This document shows positions 13,604 through 24,530 of a stretch of 64,000 bases of DNA, piece after piece. A model generated the notes under the pieces. It ran no database searches and was not told the DNA's origin. It was given only the letters and a program-made list of their open reading frames with translations. A program made the position numbers and the translations under genes. The DNA comes from Setoptus koraiensis (taxonomy: Eukaryota > Animalia > Arthropoda). The stretch is from positions 9,858,001-9,922,000 of the forward strand of contig CM106585.1 in NCBI GenBank assembly GCA_048013815.1. Reading direction: 5' to 3'. How positions within the stretch are numbered: position 1 is the stretch's first letter; every line of letters starts with the position of its first letter.

Positions 13604-15196
13604 ATGAAGGTCTCATCAGAGGTGTTGGTGAGTATCTTGATAGTAATCATTTTTCGATAATTCTCTTTCTGGATTCGATAAGTATCGATTAATCAGCAAC
13701 TGCAATCCATTGACTTCCGCAGGCCCTCATGTATGCCTTCACTGGCTTCTTATTTATTGCCAGTGTAACAAGTAACCTCATCATTTGCCATACAGTATTG
13801 TCGGACAAAAGCATGCATACTACAACATATTATTTTGTTGTCAATCTAGCAATCAGCGATCTTCTCATAGGACTAATTACTTTACCACTAACATTCGTCA
13901 CTAGTAGTGTTATTTCTGAGTACGAAGAATGGATATTTGGCAACACCTTTTGTGTTTGTTTTTGGCATCTAGCAACCAACTCTATGTTTGTAAGGTGAGT
14001 ATTCAGAAAAGAATGATTATTAGCGGTTGTTTTGCCGTCAAAAATTCGTCCCATCGCGTGATAATCTAGCAATCATGTGTGATGACAACGACAGCGAAAC
14101 TTGTCGACTCACACAACATCCTGATTAAAAGTAATGAAGAATGATAAAAAATCTCTCATACTGTTTGTATTATGTGTATTAATAATATCAAGCACTTATA
14201 CTATAGTGGCCATCGCAATAGACCGTTATCGGGCTATAGTAGATTTACGTATAACAGGGCGACAACCTAACAAGTCTTGTAAGTCTATCATTACAGCTAT
14301 CTGGTCGGCAGCATTTTTGACTACAATTCCGGCAACCATTCATGCTGGCTTGAAACCAATACCGGACACTAATGGATCATTCAGTTGCAGTCAGAACTGG
14401 AAATCGGAGGAATGGTATATGATTCACTTTTATGCATTATTGGTCTTACAATTTATTGTACCCCTAATTGTGCTCGCCATCACTCATGCGAGAGTTGTAA
14501 TTAAAGTTTGGAGAAGACGAATACCGGGCGAGCCCGATCGAGCAAATGATCTCATGAGCATCCGTTCCAAAAGAAAGGTGAGTAATATCTAAACTAATAC
14601 GCGCGTCGCCAAATAGCACAACAAGTTTCGTTGATACAAACCCTATAGACGATCCCAGTTTTGAAATAGAATAAAACATGCATATACTTTGAGCGAATTA
14701 TGGTTCGAGCTCAATTTGGTTGAAGCAAACGGTAGGCATCCCTAGGATAAGCGTAACACTCAACTTGACTCGATTCATTCATTCATACATGTAACATAGA
14801 AACCGGAGCGAATTAATATTATATCACTATGCCAACCAAAAGCCTGGTGTCATAATGAATAACCAGTAACCAGTATTCTACCGTTTCGTTATATTCACAA
14901 AACCACATTTCTCACGGCTATTCGATTAGACATTAAGAATGGCGATATATTGTTTTGCAGCGTTCGTGTTAACCTGGCTCCCATTACATGTGATACACTA
15001 CAAGATGGAACACAACCCTTCCCTTTTGAAGGAAGATTGGATCAAATATGCTCATTTCATTGGGCACTCTATTGCCTGGTGCCACACCATCACGAATCCA
15101 ATAATTTATTATCTTATGGACAAAAAGCTACGCAGGGGCTTTCGAGATACGTTTAGTATGTCCAAATGTAGGAACGAGTGCATCATCTGTCCATAG
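13604..15196 (+). CDS. Class-A GPCR, RYamide/NPY-receptor-like, copy 4 (315 aa)
   Basis: Exons 13604-13627, 13723-13994, 14193-14577 and 14930-15196 (948 nt). LAISDLL, DRY, TWLP and NPIIY are present. Confidence 0.88.
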
Positions 15197-17057
15197 ACAT
15201 CTAAACCAAGTCTGGTACCTATGGGTTAGCTGATAAACGGAGAAGAAAGACATGCACCCTACTGTTGTGCAGTGTATATTAATATTTACATCAGTCCTAT
15301 CTAGATTCTGTGAACAGGAGGTCAAATCCGGCTCTCGAGTGCGAAGCATTTTTGGGATGACACAATGGAGAGGACAGCCGGAAAGAAACTAGGAAGGAGA
15401 ATTCAACGGACTTCCTCTGGATAAGAAAGACGTTTACTTGAGCTGCTGGCGCTGACAAGATCAAGATTGGCAGACGAGATTAGTGATGATCAAGATCGGC
15501 TTGAGGTGATATCTTTAATAGCTTTGTTACAGTAATGATGATGTTGAATTGGTGGAAAACTCCGAGAAGCTCGAGTATCTCTGCGCAATACAACCATAAC
15601 GATTGCGCTGAGATTTGAGCGTTCTCTATCATTCGATGCTAAAAGTTAGCAAGTACTGCTAGATGCGTTCTGATGATGTGGCTCAATACTGTCGGCCGAT
15701 ATGAATAGTCGGTACGCTTTTCATGAGCTGTGGAGAGAATGTGGAGCGAATGGGCACTACATAAAGAATACCAAGTCCAACGTGAAAGACTGCCGATCAT
15801 GATCTCGTATTTTCATGAGATGCTATTACCACATCACTGGCATACTCAAAGCTGGCAATAGTGGCAGTAGGTAGCACCGTATATGCCAAGGTCAATGTCA
15901 AACTCGATGATATGCTGCTTGGGGCTACCATCAGATATCGTGAGACATTTCGAAGATTGCCACTGCTAAAAGTCTAATCTCGGACCAGCATTATCGATAA
16001 GTCCGAGCACGCAAAACTGACCCACCATGAGTTTAATTATATTCCGGATCAGCATCATCGGACAGCGTATGCCGCCTAACCGACCAAAGTCATACACATC
16101 TGAAGATATCCGACGCAAGCAAGCTTGTAACGGTCAAGAGCAGAATACACCACTTTCATCTGCACAGTCGACACCACGGATAAATTGACAGTACAGGCTC
16201 AGTGATCCTCTCATTAGCGCGCTTCCTTTGGTCCCCTATCTGCTGCGGCATTCACAGTAATCTATCTTTCGAAGTACTGTTGGCAATGGTCTATAGTACA
16301 CTCGACTTACTGAAGACACAAACCTCCTTGGGTTGCACTCAGACCCAAGAGAAAATTGGGCTCTCGGATCGGATAAACCGAGAAACAGTAGGGAGAGACA
16401 TTCTTTTACCAAACATTTTCACTATACGTCAGATAATTGGTCAATTCTTGCGGTAGAACACCACAGTGCAGGACATTCTTCTAAGTAGGCGCATGCTCTA
16501 TTTGTAGGACGCCAATTTTGTCAGCGTTTTCTCTGTGATCTGGCTGTTTACGCTCGAATCGTTCAGCTTTTGTCACGAAGATACGAAGCCAACTTTCTGC
16601 GTTTCAGAATAGACGGCGAAAGTATGTTTCACGCTGTGCTAACCGGCATACATAAACTACTGAAGACACAGACTTACAGCTGTTTTTGGCCCATAAGAGA
16701 GAGGCTCAATTTATCTCTGACACGTGTGCAATGTATCTTATTAAGAATCTAAATGGGCCTCACTCGGCTTCTGCTTGCCCTCAGGCCCTCTATTTCTTGG
16801 TGGCCTACAGACCCCAAAGTATACACCTTTAAGAGTGTCAAAATGTTCAAGTTTCCGGAGAATGTCGAATATAGTGATAACAAAGCCAAAGCATGCCATG
16901 TATCCGGGTTATCCAACCATGTGAGAAAACGCTCAAGTGATCGATTGCAGCCCGATCAATTAATATCATGAATTATTTAATCAAGCAGCCTTAATTGTCT
17001 AGAAAATATTGTTGAAGGGGCCATCGATAGTTTTCGACCGAGAACATCTATCGAGAA

Positions 17058-18934
17058 ATGGATGTAGTGTATCGAACGGAGGCATTGGTGAGTATCTTGC
17101 TATAGTATATTCTCGAATACCTCTACGTTTATTTAACAATTTATTTGTAACTCTAATTCTATTGATTTTCATAGGTTCTCATGTATGTCGTCACCGGTTT
17201 TTTATTTGTTACCAGCATCACAAGTAATCTCATAGTTTGCCATACAGTATTGTCTGATAAAAAACTGCACACTGCAACCAATTATTTCATTGTAAATCTA
17301 GCATTCGGCGACATACTCTTAGGACTAATTAATATACCAGCTTCTTTTGTTAGTTATGCAATTATTTACAAACGCTCAATAATCGGTTACAACATGTGTG
17401 TTTGGATCTCGTATCTCGGAACTAATTCTGTCTTCGTCAGGTGAGTAATCGTGGTTATCGTGAATGAGATGAGTCTTGCTGTCGTTGTTCGCGGCTAATG
17501 TCATCACGAGCCATTTCATTGTGATGATGAAATCTGGCAAGTGCCCTCAACTAAAATATTGTTAGTAAAAATAGAGATCGTCTCCCATGGAGGAGAAAGT
17601 TACACACAACTCTATCAATAATAACAAATCTACCATGTTCATTCTTATGTGTTTTGTGTTAAGCACCTACACAATGATGGCCATATCTATTGACCGATAC
17701 AGGGCCATTGTGTGTCCCATGCGTCCACATTTGACTCTACGACAGTCCACGATGATCATTGCAGCAATTTGGATAGCGGCCTTCGTGACTACTTTCCCAT
17801 CATCCATTCATTCTGGCCACCTTGCCTCAGATCTAAATGATATATACTCATGCTATGAGGAGTGGAAATCAGAAGAGTGGCGCAAAATTTATTATTATGC
17901 GCTATTGATCTTGCAATTTATAGTGCCACTCATTGTGTTGGTGATCACTTTCGCTAGAGTCTGGTTAACTGTTAGGAACAACCAAAAGCCTGGCGAATCC
18001 GAGAATGAAAGGGCAGAAGAGATGCGGGCTCGTTCGAAGAGAAAGGTGAGTGGGATGGAATACGATAACAATGTTTCATCACTCTATAAATTAATCATGA
18101 ATTAATTCAATTCGATTTCCATTTATGGGAGAATAGTTTTCCTAGTGTTTCGTTGGTGCAATCCTCGAACCCTTCTTTCTTGATATAATGGGGATATACT
18201 ACGCGAACACGTTTTATTTCCGGTTAGAGAAAATTCGCTAATTTGGGCTTGTCAGTGTCTTTCTTTAAATCATTGTTTTCGCTCAAAATCTTCAAGATTC
18301 TCTCATTTTTTTTATTTTACTCGAAGGACTTGAGGAATTCACGGAAGAAAATGGAGATTTCGGGCGTCTCAAATCCCAAGATCTTGGGCCAAAACGGCTC
18401 TTACGAATGGTCGCATGCTCAATCAAAGCAGGTTGCGTCTCTTATAGATTTGGCGCATTGTTTGCTTCAAATGGTCTTGCCTGCGCAAAACACAAATACA
18501 GTCGAAACAAATACGAACCGAATTCCAACTACGATCCAATGATGACTCAATAAAAATTCGAAAAGTTAACCCTTATGAATTTCACCATTTCTTTCTGCAA
18601 ATGAAAACTACTGACTAATTGCTATTCTTTTACGCCCTTTCATCTTCTTTTCACAACTCATCGTATTCCACGACTCTTCAAATAGACGCTTCAAATGGCG
18701 ATATATTGTTTTACAGCGTTCGTATTTACTTGGCTTCCATTTAATGTATATATCACTATGAGGGAAAACGACCCTACCATAAACAACATCAAAAGACTTG
18801 AATATGTTTGGATCGTTGTACACTATATTGCATTGTGTCACACCATCACAAATCCAATAATTTATTATTTGATGCACGAAAAATTACGCCACGGCTTCCA
18901 GAATGCATTTAACATGCTCAGATGTGGGAACTAA
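17058..18934 (+). CDS. Class-A GPCR, RYamide/NPY-receptor-like, copy 5, the most canonical (308 aa)
   Basis: Exons 17058-17087, 17175-17440, 17664-18045 and 18686-18934 (927 nt). HTATNYFIVNLAFGDIL, AISIDRYRAIVCPMRP, KPGE...RSKRK, WLPFN and NPIIY match my recollection of arthropod RYamide receptors. Confidence 0.9.
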
Positions 18935-19089
18935 TGTAAAACTTGTCGGTGGTCATTGGAACAAACGGTCAAGATGAAATCAGAGCTTTTCTGGAAGGCT
19001 CCAGCTTCAAAGCCCGATAATCGGATCGAAGCTTCGGAGCTAGATTCTGTATCCTCAGACAAGAATCGCACAGATATGGTGCGAGAATA

Positions 19090-19337
19090 AGTGAAATACA
19101 AAAGAAAATACGCTCAACGCTGTCTAGTGACAGTACATTGTATAATGATCAGTGAAAATAAATCCGGCTCCGAATCGAAATCGTCAACGCCTTGAGATAA
19201 CCAATAAAATTCGTTTGGCACCAAGGTAAACTCTTTGGGCATAATTTTTTCCTCAGGGAACACCGAACATCCGACTTTTCCTGCTTCACAATCTATATAT
19301 AGCGCGTGCTTCTTCGGAACTTTTATCGCATCGGCAA
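19090..19337. repeat. ~240-bp direct repeat, copy B
   Basis: Matches 777-1017. Confidence 0.9.
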
Positions 19338-20179
19338 AAAAAACATCTAGATTTGAAAGCAAGGCACCAGAGCATCGAAAGTTCTATCTCGCCTTTCCTT
19401 CCTAAATTTTGATACATCACTATAGAAATAATTTGTTACGTTTGAAGTGCCCTAAGCAATGTTTGAAAAGTGAAAATGATGAACAGTCCGATTTTAGATT
19501 GCGAATAGCAAAGACGCAATGCTAATCATTGGTATCCAGATATAATGAACAACTAATGATATAATGAGTTAAAAACTATAAAATTCCAAGGACCTCGTGA
19601 GAATACACTGTATTCTTCATTAAAATTTGGGCTTTATTAAAATGATCTTTACTCAGAAATTCTGGATTATATGGTTTTTATTAGCACTCAAAACCATTGA
19701 TTCAAACCATGGTCTGAACCATGTTGATTAGTTCGAGTGACAATGTATAGTTGTGTGTCAGCGCGAAGTCGATAGGTGTAACATGTCATAATTTTGCATG
19801 CATTTTTAATACAAAATGATTTAAATAATTGATTTTAATGGTTTCTACTTAAATTTGGTTTAAACCGACCGACATAAGAATCAAATCGTCCATTTCGTCT
19901 AATATCAATCATTTAGAACATGGTTTAAATCAAAAAAAGAATAAGAAAAAAGTTTAAATCATTTCGTCCAAATAAAAGCCAATGGTTTAAATTTTTTGGA
20001 ATAAACCACGCTAAAATCCACGATGGACGAAAAATAAAGACCCCCACACTAGAATACATGAGACTCTTGCGTTTCTGTGACTGCAAATATCGTCAGTATG
20101 GAAATCGTATAAGTTTCGTGCTCGGTCTTGATCAGATCACTAACACATGAAGAGACTGACGAATATAATGTGTTGATAT

Positions 20180-21490
20180 TCACATAGTTTTATTTAGAGA
20201 CGGTAATGAGATTGCATCAAATTTAGTCGACTTTCCTATAAGCTTCCAGTTATAGGCTGATATTTGATTAATCGAAATAACAATTGTTATGATCATTACA
20301 TTAAGATTTATGAGTCGCCTGATATTTGGTTTTAGCCAATTCGTTGGCCCAATGCGGCAGATATCCTTGACAAGACGTCTCAATCGAAGAATTTCATTCT
20401 TTTTCATGAGCTCGTTCAATGTATTCGGCATTCGCTTTAAGTAAACATCTGTTGATCCCAGATAATGATTGTCCTCTGATAGATGCAACAACAGTCGAGA
20501 ATTCTCGTGAATCCTTCGGTATCCGTCAATTGTCATTAACATTTGAGCCATTGGAGAGGAGTAGTTCAACAGCAGGCATATCAAAACACTATGTTTTCTT
20601 GTCCTAATTGCATCTATGATAGTGAAGAAGCGTCTTAGCATGAATAATGCTAGATGCAAAAAAGTTACAAAGCAAGGTAGACTGATCTGTTCTCTGATCA
20701 ATAGCATCACATCTCGAATTTGCACAATTGTATCCAGAATGACTTCCACAGGTAGCCTATCCCTCCTAGCTATCAATAGAGCTATTCGATCCGACATGGA
20801 CAATGTTATTCTATAGGTTATGTAATGTATTGAGATCATGTGACAAGCTATTACATGGGCATCAGGTACCATTAACAATGCTTCGAAAAAAGATTGTCGT
20901 TCAATAATATAACTAAGAAAGAACCTAACACACACAACAGCGACCCATGTATAAATAAAATAGCCATAATCCCTTGTGAATTCTCTGAAACTACTAATAA
21001 AGTTTCTGAAAATACATCTATTTATACTGCTCGCTATTTGCTCACTATGAAACAGAGCTGATATATCGCCGCCGTCATTCTTGTTCAAGATTAAATCGAA
21101 GTAATGATACTTCAATACTCCTGGCACAAATGTTGCCACATTGACCACAATAAAAGAAATGTTTGGAACGAAAACCAGAAAGAAATATCGAATTTGACCT
21201 ATTCCATAAGAGCTCATGAATGAGCTTAAATATGAACTTGGCAGCTTAAGTCCATGCCCGTACATATAGACATATATGGCATATCCCGAAATGAATAATC
21301 GTTGAATGGTGTTGATCACTAGCGAATTGGTTAATTTGAGTGAACCTGTTAGCCTTAATATCAATTCGATCCAATAGATGCGATCTTTCAATGTTCTCCG
21401 TCCTCGTTCATTTGCGCTTGTTTTAAAATCAATAGAAACTTCAAGTCTTCTTTCTGGATATTCACAATCTCGAAATTTGCGAATTGCCAT
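20180..21490 (-). CDS. Intronless multi-pass membrane protein, gustatory-receptor (7TM chemoreceptor)-like, 436 aa
   Basis: Long ATG-initiated ORF with ~6-7 hydrophobic segments. Size and a C-terminal basic loop followed by a last TM (KPNIRRLINLNVMIITIVISINQ) fit the GR layout. No diagnostic motif is certain. Confidence 0.55.
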   Translation of the reverse strand: MAIRKFRDCEYPERRLEVSIDFKTSANERGRRTLKDRIYWIELILRLTGSLKLTNSLVINTIQRLFISGYAIYVYMYGHGLKLPSSYLSSFMSSYGIGQIRYFFLVFVPNISFIVVNVATFVPGVLKYHYFDLILNKNDGGDISALFHSEQIASSINRCIFRNFISSFREFTRDYGYFIYTWVAVVCVRFFLSYIIERQSFFEALLMVPDAHVIACHMISIHYITYRITLSMSDRIALLIARRDRLPVEVILDTIVQIRDVMLLIREQISLPCFVTFLHLALFMLRRFFTIIDAIRTRKHSVLICLLLNYSSPMAQMLMTIDGYRRIHENSRLLLHLSEDNHYLGSTDVYLKRMPNTLNELMKKNEILRLRRLVKDICRIGPTNWLKPNIRRLINLNVMIITIVISINQISAYNWKLIGKSTKFDAISLPSLNKTM

Positions 21491-24400
21491 TGCGAGGCGT
21501 TTATTCCTCGACTAATTCGAGTTCAATAGTAATGATTATGATATAAATGGAGATTTGAGATAAGGGCCAGTCTCAACATGGAAGCGGCAAACTAAACTGA
21601 CATTGCATTCACACGATCCTGTAAAGATTCATCGAAGACTGGATTATAAGTCCCGACCCTGTAAACCCCTGTAAATCTGCATGCCCTCGAAATTTCATGC
21701 ACGTCTATCGCGTGCTCTTGAGTATGAATTCTATTGTGGATTATTTTTGATCTTCTTGGTACTCCAACATCGCGTGCCAGTTATTGATTGAACAAAGGGA
21801 AAAAGTGAATTGTCAGCATACAGGTCTATTAGGGGATCGACGAAAATAACTCGCACCTATAATTACATGCACGCCTAGTTGTATTATCTTTTTTGGGTCA
21901 GTTAATATTCTTCCATTCACGTAATCAACCTTATGACTGTTATGAGATAAATTTCAGATGAATATAAACATTATCACTAGTCTTATTGATCCGCGGAGAC
22001 AACCATAGTATCCCGAAAAATATTATTGGCCGACCAAACATACCACGCGAGTTCTTTGTCGTCGAGTATACTATCGGCGATAAATGATTTCTCATGGATA
22101 GAGAAAACAATACATAGTCTTACTGAGTCGAATGGTACCCTGACGCTATCCATCAAAAAGAGATGATTTCTTTACTTGCTCGAACTGGTGGAAAACTACT
22201 GTCGAACGAAAACAAACCATGATGCGACGAACAACAGAGAAAGCAGCTCGAAAAGCGAATAATCTGTTCCAAAGTTTGGTGAAAGATGAAAAAGAAAGAT
22301 TTTGATATACCATGAGTAGACGAGGAAACAACCAGCATGTATACTGGTTTACATGATAATTCGTTTGTGCATCCGACAAGATCATTGACAATCAGTCGCA
22401 CTATTTCGTGAAAAGTTCCAAGTGAGGGTGTGAGCAAACGTATTTTGTATTCAATGGGCGCACAGGCGCATTAGTTCGTGAAAAGTCTTATAGAAAGATA
22501 CGTTATTTTCATAATACAAGGTGCATTTGCGAAAAAAAAACATCTCAGGTTTTTCGTAATTTTCATCAAGACTGTGCGAAATTTTAACTTCTTCTTTGTT
22601 TTATTTTATATTTCTTCAAAGAATGCGTCAAATAAAAAGAAACCTCTTGCCGCCATTTTTAAAGTAGAATGGGATCCAAAGTAGAAATTCAGCGGAAAAA
22701 GGGCTACAAACCGGGAGCAGAAATGAACCAGATTGCTGGGTTCATCTGAGAAAGACCTTCCCACCGAAGCCCTAATATTTTAATTCGAAGCTCCAAATTA
22801 AAAACGCAACTAGTTGGACAACCCTCAGATGCATTGTGAATAAGAATAACATGTATTAACATGTAACATAATAAAACTGTACAAGTTGCAGCGCAACGTA
22901 AATTTGGTCATTTCTTTTTCATCATTTTTCGCATCGTTATTTTTCTCTCAAAAATAGGCTCGATAACCGTGATTGCTGCCAATATAAAGCCCACACTATA
23001 TGACGATTATCCATCCAGTGCTAGAGTAAGATACTGTGCTGATGCAACATGCAGTACAGCCGTTTTCGAGCCATTGTTGAGTTAGATTGTTGTGACTGCA
23101 CGACAATCTAGGATGATCATTGTAATGATTTGTGCAGCGGCCTTTCTGACTTCTTCGCCAGCTGCCATCCATTCTAATTATCACCCAGTTAACTGTAAAG
23201 AACTAAAAAAACCCAAGTTTTGCCACCAATGCAGGTGATCGAGATCTACAGAATGGTTTGCAATCTATTCTTACGCTCTATTGGTCTCACATAGTGCAAT
23301 CACCATCACCTATAGAAAAGTTAATTTTAGTTTAGCTAACTCATCTCTTCACGCTTATCTAATCCGACCAACTAATTGCGCCGACTATCTTTGTAAGATT
23401 TTTCAAGGTACACCTTTCCAGTGGGAGATATCTGTGTGATTCGTTTGGTCCTCAATTCTAGTGTAGATGATTTGCACTGGAGTGACGTTCTAAAAAAGCG
23501 CATTGTCCTCTGGATTAACATCATAGCTATAACGCGGTCCGAGCGTTTAAGAATTGTCGGTATCACCTGTGTAGTAATGGCAACAGCAAAGTTTGACAGT
23601 TTTTTCATCAAAGAACACTCTCTGCAGTTAATTTCGTCAATCCGGACTGAACCAATTATCATTTATGTCGTCATTATTATTGACGCTAGTGAACTTATCA
23701 CGAATGCTGCTAATGTACTTCAAAAATTGACATTTCGCCCAATCTCACAATAGACGTGCGAAAACTTTCCTTCTTTATGACACTGTTGAACGTGTGGCGC
23801 AAATCAATGTTAAATAAATGTCATGATATCAAACATTTATCTGTGCCTGATGTCACCTCTAAGTGATGGTGACAACAAGCTTGATCTGAAGGTTGCATAG
23901 ATAAAAAAAAATAAAGTAGTTATGGCCATATGAACGACAATGGAACCGGATAATAATAGTGCTCTCGGTAATCAACAGGTTCGTGGACGTACAAATAAAA
24001 TGTTACGCAAAGTGTCATGTCGGGATGACTTATTGCATCGTTGGTGAAAGACCAGCCATAGTATGTCATCAAGTTATATTGGTGTTATACACATGATGTA
24101 GGCACATAAATACTGGATAAAAGTCATACTGTGTAGCTTTTTATAGTGTGTATATTTTTATAGTCTTCAGAATTAATTACTCTCAATCTGATTATTGTTG
24201 ATAGCCAAGCGCCATTGAATTACAAAAGAGTGCTAAAATCAAATGTTTTTGATAAAGAACCCACCGTTTGAAGTGCATCCAAGATAGGTTGGAATCTTTG
24301 GGATTGATGGACGATATTGAAACAAAAATATGAATCGTATATAAACTCGGGCTGCCAACTTGGATGTCATAATCAGTCAAGTCTCCTAGTCTATAGCGAT

Positions 24401-24530
24401 AGACAAAGAGAAAATTAATTGGAAAATACAGACAACAGATCAATTTGTGGAAAGTGTTCAAATAGAAATTAAAGTAGACTGTGGGAAGCAAATTCACCTA
24501 GGACAAACAACGATTAGACTGATTGTCAAC

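Noticed and set aside
19690-20055. Degenerate inverted motifs (TTGATTCAAACCATG / CATGGTTTAAATCAA) and a CTAG end suggestive of a Helitron or MITE
   Set aside because: Short AT-rich matches with no clear boundaries, subterminal hairpin or target site.
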